In this document: positions 8,893 to 15,804 of the stretch, in pieces
Position numbering within the stretch: position 1 is the stretch's first letter
How the letters are laid out: each line of letters starts with the position of its first letter
Made by a program: the position numbers and the translations under genes
Notes under the pieces: model-generated
Database searches by the model: none
The model's input: the letters and a program-made list of their open reading frames with translations, nothing else
Told to the model about the DNA's origin: nothing
IMG/VR virus record: IMGVR_UViG_3300005732_000004
Location: 1 to 50,993 of that record
Origin: a virus
Lineage: Duplodnaviria > Caudoviricetes
Length of the DNA: 50,993 nt
Direction: 5' to 3' (one strand)

Positions 8893-9094
8893 TAGAGGCA
8901 ACCTTTTCAAGCCGTTGCGCACCACAAGTCAAAGCAAAGAACACCTCTTCCCCTGCGTCGTTCTTGGCATACAGCTTGTTTTCTCCATTGCAGCTTGTGA
9001 CGGTTACAATGTCGCCTAACTGTGCAAATCCAGGAGCGCCCATGCCTGTAATCTTGAGCTTGTCGCCCTCTTTGATCGTAGCATAATTAATCAT
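8885..9094 (-). CDS. hypothetical protein (KOW/SH3-like pattern)
   Basis: IKEGDKLKIT...GDIVTV; GAGAGGA RBS. Confidence 0.7.
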   Translation of the reverse strand: MINYATIKEGDKLKITGMGAPGFAQLGDIVTVTSCNGENKLYAKNDAGEEVFFALTCGAQRLEKVASND

Positions 9095-9129
9095 CGTCTA
9101 TCCTCTCATTATGGTTGTGGGGTTAGTGG

Positions 9130-9387
9130 TTATTCTGGAGCGTGAGGCCGTGGCATCATCGGCGTCCAATGCGTGTGGTATCCAGGCCAGCCACCGACAT
9201 CAAACCTAGCGGCAGGATTGTCGCCGTTCTTTGCATGTGTAATACATTCAACAGTATCCCCGCAATCTAAAGGGGAACCGATGTAAGGGGATTCAGCCAA
9301 CCACTGGCCATCGACCCAGCACCACCAAAGAACGTCGCCATTGCTTTCGTCCCATTCGTCTAATCGTCTAGGCGTTAGAATATCCAT
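9130..9387 (-). CDS. hypothetical phage protein
   Basis: EW.E..GDVLWW...HTHWTP motif. Confidence 0.75.
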   Translation of the reverse strand: MDILTPRRLDEWDESNGDVLWWCWVDGQWLAESPYIGSPLDCGDTVECITHAKNGDNPAARFDVGGWPGYHTHWTPMMPRPHAPE

Positions 9388-9399
9388 CTCTCTATTCCT

Positions 9400-9600
9400 C
9401 TATGTTGTGGGGTTTGAATGAATAGCAAGGTCTTTTGATGCTATCCCTGTGCCGATATCGCTAAACTTAGAATACCCTGCAAGGAACAATTTTGGGCAAA
9501 GCCTGTCTTCAATAACCTCCCATGCGTCAGATGCACTATCAGCCTCAAGGTTCATGTCCACATCTACCGTTACTGCTCCCGTAAATTTGTATTTAGGCAT
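9400..9600 (-). CDS. hypothetical protein
   Basis: ORF with RBS in operon. Confidence 0.7.
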   Translation of the reverse strand: MPKYKFTGAVTVDVDMNLEADSASDAWEVIEDRLCPKLFLAGYSKFSDIGTGIASKDLAIHSNPTT

Positions 9601-9612
9601 ATTACCGTTCCC

Positions 9613-9804
9613 TTATGTGTTGAGTTCATCTTTGACAGTATCGAGTTGCGATTGAATGTGAGATTCTAACTCGTTCAACACGACATTGCCTTTCCTGCGA
9701 CGTGAGCCAGCTTTATAGCCGCGCAATGATATTAGGGCGCTAATTAACCCGTCATGCCGCCCGTTTAGCCGATTTTTGTATTTATCTTCTTCATCCATCT
9801 TCAA
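9613..9804 (-). CDS. hypothetical protein
   Basis: ORF flanked by 13-bp direct repeats CCCTTATGTGTTG. Confidence 0.65.
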   Translation of the reverse strand: MKMDEEDKYKNRLNGRHDGLISALISLRGYKAGSRRRKGNVVLNELESHIQSQLDTVKDELNT

Positions 9805-9843
9805 CCCCTTATGTGTTGTTGTGATGCGCCATAGCGCTTGGAA

Positions 9844-10161
9844 TTATTCGCCGCGAGCCTTGGCAAGAACCGAATTGGCTCTAGACATGAAGCCATCAAC
9901 ATAGGATGGATTGCCGCCTATCGCTACTTGCATCTTTTCATCGCCCCCCATAAGGGCGTATAACATATCGTAAAGCTCTGGTGCTGCTGCTATCAAATGG
10001 GCGTTGGCACCATCAGGCAAAGTGCAGTCGTCGCAATCGTCATAAACTGTACAAATCCAACCGTCTGCGGCGTTTTTAAACGTCACTACCGTTTCGAAAT
10101 TGTATGCGTTCCCGTTTGTCAAAGCTTCCCACGGCCCCTTTGTAAACTTTGCCTCGCTCAT
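9844..10161 (-). CDS. hypothetical phage protein (TPGPW...ANAHLIAAAPEL family)
   Basis: FTKGPW and ANAHLIAAAPELY motifs. Confidence 0.85.
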   Translation of the reverse strand: MSEAKFTKGPWEALTNGNAYNFETVVTFKNAADGWICTVYDDCDDCTLPDGANAHLIAAAPELYDMLYALMGGDEKMQVAIGGNPSYVDGFMSRANSVLAKARGE

Positions 10162-10200
10162 TTCATTATCCCTCTTGGTTATAGAATTGTGTTGGTTGGG

Positions 10201-10410
10201 TTATTTGATTATTTCCAACTGTGTAGCGTTAAAATGCGGAGAAAATGGTATGCACGCGTAGGTTAATCTTTCATCGTGCATTGTCGCGGATGCACCAGCT
10301 TTATCGCACATTTCAAGTGTGTAATTGTATAAGTGTTGCCTTTCCATTTCGACGGGTTTGCTATCCGCTGATGTGACTAGTAATAATATTACTATCCATG
10401 TTTGCGTCAT
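10201..10410 (-). CDS. small secreted or membrane-anchored protein
   Basis: Hydrophobic N-terminus, two Cys, GAGGG RBS. Confidence 0.7.
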   Translation of the reverse strand: MTQTWIVILLLVTSADSKPVEMERQHLYNYTLEMCDKAGASATMHDERLTYACIPFSPHFNATQLEIIK

Positions 10411-10439
10411 CTGTTCATTCCCTCATTGTTTCGTTGTGT

Positions 10440-10516
10440 TGGCGAACGCGGCAGGATTCGAACCCACAACCTGTTGACTAGAATTCAATTGCTCTATCCA
10501 GTTGAGCTACGCGTCC
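10440..10516 (-). tRNA. tRNA-Arg (anticodon UCU)
   Basis: GGACGCG-TA-GCTC AACTGGATA GAGC-A-ATTGA ATTCTAG TCAAC-AGGTT-GTGGG TTCGAAT CCTGC-CGCGTTC-G-CCA; A20 Arg identity element; encoded CCA. Confidence 0.9.
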
Positions 10517-10526
10517 TTGTTGCCCC

Positions 10527-10556
10527 ATTAGTTGCATATCTGTTTTGGGGTGTCAA
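10527..10556 (-). promoter_or_regulatory. promoter for the tRNA and downstream operon
   Basis: TTGACA at 10551-10556 with a weak -10 (ACTAAT) just upstream of the tRNA. Confidence 0.5.
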
Positions 10557-10644
10557 CATCATTTATACATCAATATTGCATCTCTTAATGTTGCATAGTT
10601 ACGTTATTATGTATATTGTTGTTTTGAACACAACGGAGAAACAA

Positions 10645-10848
10645 ATGAAAAAACGCATTCCTGTAGCACTAAATGACGCGCAATATAACGATATTTCAAA
10701 CGCGGCTGAACATTACGGGCTAACGCTATCCGCGTTCATGTGCATGGCTAGTCGTGAAAAGGCGGACCGAGTCAATAGCATTCAAGAAGCGCGGCCCTAC
10801 ATCTCTAACAACGTTGTAAGCGCACCTATCAATGGAAAGGAAGGGTAG
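10645..10848 (+). CDS. ribbon-helix-helix-like DNA-binding protein
   Basis: Likely start MKKRIPVALND after GGAG RBS; RHH pattern AAEHYGLTLSAFM. Confidence 0.7.
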   Translation: MKKRIPVALNDAQYNDISNAAEHYGLTLSAFMCMASREKADRVNSIQEARPYISNNVVSAPINGKEG

Positions 10849-11193
10849 ATGGACATAGAGGTTGGCGACACATTTTACCTGTTTGATATAAATAGGCGAG
10901 TTTACAAATTAAAGGATGACGGGTCACTTTTCAATTCTGGCGGTCCAATTTACCGTGAACATTTTTACCCTGTTCAAATTGAAGGTGAAACTTCAAGATC
11001 ATGGGTTTTGCCGCACGGCAAAAAAGTCCCAAAGAAAGCCCCGTTCTCAGTTCTATACACTGAAAAAATGGTCGACGAAAGTTGCTGGCTAAAATCGAAC
11101 CGCCATAAGCTTGCATCAATGGTGAATGGATGCCGTGACTTTGAGATTTTAAAACAAATTGGAGACTTGCTGGGATTTGAGGAAGACAAATGA
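10849..11193 (+). CDS. hypothetical phage protein
   Basis: 114-aa ORF, coupled. Confidence 0.8.
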   Translation: MDIEVGDTFYLFDINRRVYKLKDDGSLFNSGGPIYREHFYPVQIEGETSRSWVLPHGKKVPKKAPFSVLYTEKMVDESCWLKSNRHKLASMVNGCRDFEILKQIGDLLGFEEDK

Positions 11194-11348
11194 TGGACCT
11201 TAAGCTTTTAGCCCTAACGCTAAACTTGCAGAAACGGTGCAAATCTATGACACAATCGAGTAACCTTGAAGTGCAATATGCCGCCGCAGATACGCTTGAT
11301 TATCTAGGCGAGAAAATCGACCAACAACAAGGAAAGGATACAGCGTGA
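11190..11348 (+). CDS. 52-aa hypothetical protein (not in ORF track)
   Basis: MMDLKLLALTLNLQK...; ATGA overlap. Confidence 0.55.
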   Translation: MMDLKLLALTLNLQKRCKSMTQSSNLEVQYAAADTLDYLGEKIDQQQGKDTA

Positions 11349-11506
11349 CAGAATGCGAGAAAGAAATCGAAGCCCTAAAACTACTCCATAAGAATTGGGA
11401 CGGGCTACCATCCGACGAAAGGCAGGCTTTGCACGACAATTTTATATGGGCAATTAGTTCTGCGGTAAAGGTGGGGCTGGTTTGTTTCCCCAAACAACCT
11501 GTATAG
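11345..11506 (+). CDS. 53-aa hypothetical protein (not in ORF track)
   Basis: GTGA overlap, AAGGA RBS. Confidence 0.55.
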   Translation: MTECEKEIEALKLLHKNWDGLPSDERQALHDNFIWAISSAVKVGLVCFPKQPV

Positions 11507-11515
11507 GAGATAGAG

Positions 11516-11704
11516 ATGAAACTTGATTTTGAAGGATGGACTTCGACAAGTTCACATGAACGAATTTGGCTTTGGCAGATGTGGGGAATGCGCCCGCTGT
11601 TTGTGCTGTGGTACAAGATGGGTGGCAAATATCTATCGGGCTGGACCCCGTTTGTCGTAAAGATAAACCGTCCTGTAGATAACACTAAACAAGGGAGTGA
11701 GTGA
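11516..11704 (+). CDS. Trp-rich hypothetical protein
   Basis: AGGAG RBS. Confidence 0.65.
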   Translation: MKLDFEGWTSTSSHERIWLWQMWGMRPLFVLWYKMGGKYLSGWTPFVVKINRPVDNTKQGSE

Positions 11705-11705
11705 G

Positions 11706-11864
11706 ATGGATAATGATTCTGACGAAATCGAATGCGCGGTAGAAATGCTGCGCCTAATCAATGGCGGTAAAACACCCGCTAAAGTTCGCCTCGCGCTAAA
11801 GCAGTCAGGCTATACGGCAGAACAAATTGCGATTGCCGGACAAGTTCTAATAGACGCTCAATAG
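11706..11864 (+). CDS. 52-aa hypothetical protein (not in ORF track)
   Basis: MDNDSDEIECAVEMLRLINGG...; GGGAG RBS; followed by a terminator hairpin. Confidence 0.6.
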   Translation: MDNDSDEIECAVEMLRLINGGKTPAKVRLALKQSGYTAEQIAIAGQVLIDAQ

Positions 11865-11866
11865 AA

Positions 11867-11897
11867 CAAACCCCCGAACCAATGGAACGGGGGCTTA
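11867..11897. terminator. hairpin between converging units, likely a terminator
   Basis: CCCCCG/CGGGGG stem; followed by TTTGTT on the minus strand. Confidence 0.6.
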
Positions 11898-11899
11898 TA

Positions 11900-12436
11900 A
11901 AGAACTAACCCGTACACCGACAAACAAGATGATCAAACTTGATGCACTATTTGGTGCAGTGGGGTTAGTCATAAAGCAAGGCCGAAGCCTTGGGCCTACC
12001 GACACGCGATAGGTGGGTGATGTTATTAACACGCCGTCTTAGTTAATCACTCGGTCCTTAGACTTTATCGAGCCAGACTGGTCCGCTGGGCCTTGGTTGT
12101 GTACCATTCAGGATTTATAACCATTAAGTCTGAGCTTTTCGACAATCTCAGAATACCCGGTCACCCACGATGTTAAACTGTTATTACTGTAGGCAGGGCG
12201 CTAATCCTGCTTGCTGCAAGTACCACGGCTTACTGGGAACCCTAACCCCCGAACAAATCTTTAGGCTTTCGCCAAGGATTGAACCAACTATGCAGTCATT
12301 CACGTGACCTAGTGCTTCTGCTTTCAGCACCGCTACAGTAATTTGTTTTTGAAGCCGCCGAAACCAAAGTTACCCAAGGTTCATCCCGTCCATATAGGTA
12401 CGGGGGGCACGGACGCGGCTTCAAAACTCGATTTAT
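11900..12436 (-). ncRNA. multi-domain structured non-coding RNA unit
   Basis: No ORF of 60 aa or more; own promoter and terminator; four tandem domains closed by 8-12 bp stems plus a C(UUCG)G hairpin. Confidence 0.7.
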
Positions 12437-12440
12437 AGCA

Positions 12441-12469
12441 ATCATAAAACATGCAGCAATACACGTCAA
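12441..12469 (-). promoter_or_regulatory. sigma70-type promoter of the ncRNA unit
   Basis: TTGACG-17 nt-TATGAT. Confidence 0.75.
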
Positions 12470-12497
12470 CAAAAAAGACCCGCCATAACAGCGGGCC
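12470..12497 (-). terminator. intrinsic terminator after the gapR-like gene
   Basis: GGCCCGC/GCGGGTC stem followed by TTTTTT on the minus strand. Confidence 0.8.
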
Positions 12498-12527
12498 AGT
12501 TTCTACCTGGGGAGGGATCAGGCAGGG

Positions 12528-12809
12528 TTATTCGGAATCGTCGTCTTGATCACCAGCCTCAAACAACGGCAACATGCCAAGCGCTTGCTTATAGAGGTCA
12601 AGAACTGCCTCTTGTTCTGATCGCTCGTGCGGCTCTTGCTTGCGGAGCTTGACGATTTCTCGCATTGCCTTTGGATCAAAACCGCCGCCCTTGGCTTCAG
12701 CATAGACATCGCGGATATCGTCAGAGATTGATTTTTTCTCAGCCTCAAGAGTTTCTATGCGTTCTATAAATGCGCGGAGTTGTTCACGAGCGATTGTTGA
12801 ATTACCCAT
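12528..12809 (-). CDS. gapR: GapR/DUF2312 (UPF0335) nucleoid-associated DNA-binding protein
   Basis: [36 protein letters not shown]...[10 protein letters not shown]. Confidence 0.9.
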   Translation of the reverse strand: MGNSTIAREQLRAFIERIETLEAEKKSISDDIRDVYAEAKGGGFDPKAMREIVKLRKQEPHERSEQEAVLDLYKQALGMLPLFEAGDQDDDSE

Positions 12810-13221
12810 TTTCTGCTTTCCTTAGTTTTCCTAAAACGTATTTCGATGTTCTCAAAATCTTAGCCCATACGCTCAATTCTTCTGATCGTATCGTAACTAG
12901 AACATGATCATTGTCCCAATACTCAACATCAAACTTGACTAGATACCGATCATCTGGAGATACCTTTGATTCGCCCAAGAGGTCGTGAATTGGCTTAACC
13001 ATATTATCGAGGTCAAAGCTATTTGCAGATGCGGGAATACGTATTGAACTAGACCAATAGCACAACGGCATTCTAGGCAGTTTTTTGGCCTTTATTTCCC
13101 ATAACGCCGCATCATGCCATGCTTTGTATTCCGCCGTTCTGCTACCCGCGCCCTTGCCGTATCGGTGGAGTTTGTTTGCACTTGTCGGGGTGTTACTGAT
13201 CTTTAGCGTTATCTGCATCAA
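12802..13221 (-). CDS. rusA: RusA-like Holliday junction resolvase
   Basis: [18 protein letters not shown] and DDRYL motifs. Confidence 0.8.
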   Translation of the reverse strand: MMQITLKISNTPTSANKLHRYGKGAGSRTAEYKAWHDAALWEIKAKKLPRMPLCYWSSSIRIPASANSFDLDNMVKPIHDLLGESKVSPDDRYLVKFDVEYWDNDHVLVTIRSEELSVWAKILRTSKYVLGKLRKAENG

Positions 13222-13378
13222 GCTTTTTCTTTGCTGCTAAAATCCAGTGCGCAAGCTGTTGAGTGCGTTGAAGCCGATTTGAGCTAGCCACTTCTTTGAA
13301 CGCCTCCCATTCGGCATCTGTAAGATATACAGACCGTCCACGCGGCTTATCTTCGTAGGGCTTTATTTTATCCGCCAT
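13193..13378 (-). CDS. ribbon-helix-helix-like regulator
   Basis: RSVYLTDAEWEAFKEVA pattern; first gene after a divergent promoter region. Confidence 0.65.
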   Translation of the reverse strand: MADKIKPYEDKPRGRSVYLTDAEWEAFKEVASSNRLQRTQQLAHWILAAKKKLDADNAKDQ

Positions 13379-13460
13379 TTATAACAATCTCCTGTTGCCA
13401 AATTAAAATCAATGTGCAATAACATGTATATCAATATCACAAAGATAGCAAGAGGGTAAT

Positions 13461-13649
13461 GTGGACAAGATCGACATAGGCAAAGCCTACAAGGCTTTAA
13501 GCGACATAGGTTATGACATCACTTTGCTAGTGAGCGCAACCGATGCAACGGAACCAACAACCGCCGCACGAATTGAAAAGTGTGAAGCTGGTATTGTGAA
13601 GATAGCGCAAGCGTTTGGGTTTGAGATAAGCAAGAGGGAAAAGCAATGA
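13461..13649 (+). CDS. hypothetical protein
   Basis: GAGGG RBS; first gene of the recombination operon. Confidence 0.7.
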   Translation: MDKIDIGKAYKALSDIGYDITLLVSATDATEPTTAARIEKCEAGIVKIAQAFGFEISKREKQ

Positions 13650-14371
13650 CTGATCACCCGATGAAGGGGCACAACTCGCCGCCAGATGAATTTGAAATCA
13701 TCAAAGAAGAAATCAACGACCTATATCAAGAGGCCAAAAACTGGTGTGATGGAAAGCCCATTGGAACCGAAGATCAAGAGCAAGCCGTTTCTGATCTTAT
13801 GGCCATGATCCGCGATGCTGAAAAACGCGCCGACGCATTGCGCAAAGATGAAACCAAACCGCTTGATGATGCAAAGAAAGCTATTCAAGACAAATTCAAC
13901 ACGCTCATTGGCAAAAACAAGAGCGTGACAGGATTAACTGTAATGGCTCTAGACGCTTGCAAAAAGGCAATCGAGCCATATAGGCAAAAGAAAGAGGCCG
14001 AAGCTATTGAGAAGGCCCGTATTGAGCAGGAAAAGGCATTAGAAGCCGAACGAATTGCGCAAGAAGAACTGCGCAAGGCTTCACAAACAACTGATCTTGA
14101 GCAACGCGAACGCGCCGAGGCTTTAGTTAAAGAGGCGAAAGTTGCTGAAAAGTCAGCCAAGAAAGCGAACAAAGTCGCGACAACTGGTCTAGGGCTGCGC
14201 CGATCATACCGCGCTGAGATTGTGGATTTAAATGAGGCGGTCAAACATTTCTGGAAACTTGATCCAGAACCGTACCGCGAACTAACCCAACGGCTTGCGC
14301 AAAAACATGCCGACAATAAAGGCGGTGCAGTTCCAGGCGTTGTTATTCATGAAGATAAGAAAGCAGTATGA
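13646..14371 (+). CDS. coiled-coil phage protein of the recombination module
   Basis: GHNSPP N-terminus, long helical region, VPGVVI C-terminus; next to the annealase. Confidence 0.8.
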   Translation: MTDHPMKGHNSPPDEFEIIKEEINDLYQEAKNWCDGKPIGTEDQEQAVSDLMAMIRDAEKRADALRKDETKPLDDAKKAIQDKFNTLIGKNKSVTGLTVMALDACKKAIEPYRQKKEAEAIEKARIEQEKALEAERIAQEELRKASQTTDLEQRERAEALVKEAKVAEKSAKKANKVATTGLGLRRSYRAEIVDLNEAVKHFWKLDPEPYRELTQRLAQKHADNKGGAVPGVVIHEDKKAV

Positions 14372-15069
14372 TGAAATTCAATGATGAACAAATCAAAGTG
14401 CTAAACGCACCGCTTGACCCAAAAAACGTAAAACAGCGCAAGCAGGGCTACGGCAATGTTAGCTATGTTGAGGGCTGGCACGTTATCAATGAAGCCAACC
14501 GCATCTTTGGATTTGGCGCATGGGATCGTGAAACAAGCGTTTCTCTTGTTAGCGAAAAGCCCCGAAAAGTCGGCAAGCAAGGCAAGGACGGGTGGTCTGT
14601 AACTTACACGGCAACAGTTACGATCACAGTTGAGGGTGTAACCCGTCAAGGCGTTGGTGCTGGCCATGGTATCGACGTTGATTTAGGCCAAGCGCATGAA
14701 AGCGCAATCAAAGAAGCCGAAACAGATGCAATGAAACGAGCATTTATGACTTTCGGCAATCCGTTTGGCCTTGCGCTTTACGACAAGCAGCAAAAGAATG
14801 TTGGTGTTCCGCAGGATGACACACCGCAGCAAGAGCAGCCAAAGCAAGAAACCCCATTCGATAGCCAAGAAGTTGATTGGGAAGGATTGGCAGAACGTCT
14901 TAGCCTAGCAATCAACAATGCTGAATCAGTGGACGCTATAAACAACATTTGGGACCACGAAAGCGCACAAAAGGTTTTAGATAATATAGGCGAAAACGTT
15001 GTTGCGTCTTTGAATGAAGCTCGACGCAATAAGATTGGAAGCTTCAAAACCGCGTTTCCAGAGGGTTAA
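14368..15069 (+). CDS. Rad52/Sak-family single-strand annealing protein
   Basis: SYVEGWHVINEANRIFGFGAW...KEAETDAMKRAFMTFGNPFGLALY. Confidence 0.92.
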   Translation: MMKFNDEQIKVLNAPLDPKNVKQRKQGYGNVSYVEGWHVINEANRIFGFGAWDRETSVSLVSEKPRKVGKQGKDGWSVTYTATVTITVEGVTRQGVGAGHGIDVDLGQAHESAIKEAETDAMKRAFMTFGNPFGLALYDKQQKNVGVPQDDTPQQEQPKQETPFDSQEVDWEGLAERLSLAINNAESVDAINNIWDHESAQKVLDNIGENVVASLNEARRNKIGSFKTAFPEG

Positions 15070-15071
15070 GC

Positions 15072-15497
15072 ATGGCAAAGAAAGACAAACCACCAGCCCC
15101 AATGGTTGTGAAAACGCCTAAAGGCATAAAGCCACTTAGCGCGTACGATCAAGAGGATATCTTATCGCATCCAATGGGAACGGAATACGACTTAGTGATC
15201 AGGTCAAAACGTAACTGGCCGCATCTAAAGAAGTATTGGGCAGTCTTGCGGTCTGTCGTTCACAACAGCGAACAATGGCCGACCGCAAGCCATTTACATA
15301 TGAGCCTTAAATTCGCATGTAGGTATTATGATGAGTTTCTAGACATAACCACAATGGAAATGGTGAAGGTTCCAAACTCCGTATCGTTCGATAAAATGAC
15401 GCAACAAGAGTTTGAAGAATACTACGAAATAGCAATGAAAACACTAGCCGAGGCCATAGGATATGACCCGCTAGAATATTCAGATGAGCAGATATAG
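15072..15497 (+). CDS. DUF1367/NinB-like phage protein
   Basis: RN..HLKKYWA...PNSVSFDKMTQQEFEEYY. Confidence 0.7.
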   Translation: MAKKDKPPAPMVVKTPKGIKPLSAYDQEDILSHPMGTEYDLVIRSKRNWPHLKKYWAVLRSVVHNSEQWPTASHLHMSLKFACRYYDEFLDITTMEMVKVPNSVSFDKMTQQEFEEYYEIAMKTLAEAIGYDPLEYSDEQI

Positions 15498-15505
15498 GTG
15501 ATGAA

Positions 15506-15676
15506 ATGAAGTATAAAGCATTTGTCGCAGTTAATGGCGACACCAATGAGCCATATATAAATTCGGTCGGGTCAAGCGAACAAGAAGTCGGCGTTAATAT
15601 TTTAACATTAGACTTGGATGATGATGCCCACGAGGACATGAAAATTTTACCCATTGAAATAGAGGTGATGAAATGA
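15506..15676 (+). CDS. 56-aa hypothetical protein (not in ORF track)
   Basis: MKYKAFVAVNGDTNEP...; flanked by the 14-bp direct repeat AGGTGATGAAATGA. Confidence 0.55.
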   Translation: MKYKAFVAVNGDTNEPYINSVGSSEQEVGVNILTLDLDDDAHEDMKILPIEIEVMK

Positions 15677-15804
15677 GTGGCAAAACAACAACCATCCTAG
15701 AACGTCTAGACGCACTAGCAGCAAAGCTAGACGCTAGGTCTATTGTGCTTGATGACATTAAGCGCGATGTGGATATGATCAAAGAATTGGTGGGCGTGGA
15801 ATAA
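15673..15804 (+). CDS. 43-aa coiled-coil peptide (not in ORF track)
   Basis: ATGA and TAATG coupling on either side. Confidence 0.55.
   Translation: MSGKTTTILERLDALAAKLDARSIVLDDIKRDVDMIKELVGVE

Noticed and set aside
10440-10516. Amber suppressor tRNA (CUA appears in the anticodon loop)
   Set aside because: The TTGA/TCAA stem fixes a 7-nt loop ATTCTAG centred on TCT; the CTA register breaks the stem. Genes here also use TAG as a normal stop.
10402-10644. N-terminal extension of ORF 10402..10848
   Set aside because: It overlaps the tRNA antisense and the promoter region; a good RBS and ATG lie at 10645.
12183-12342. tmRNA or intron-containing tRNA
   Set aside because: Too short, with no G3:U70, no TTCGA T-loop, no CCA and no tag ORF or group I core recognised.
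11865-12470. CRISPR or mini-CRISPR array
   Set aside because: The domains share no direct repeat sequence, and there are no cas genes.
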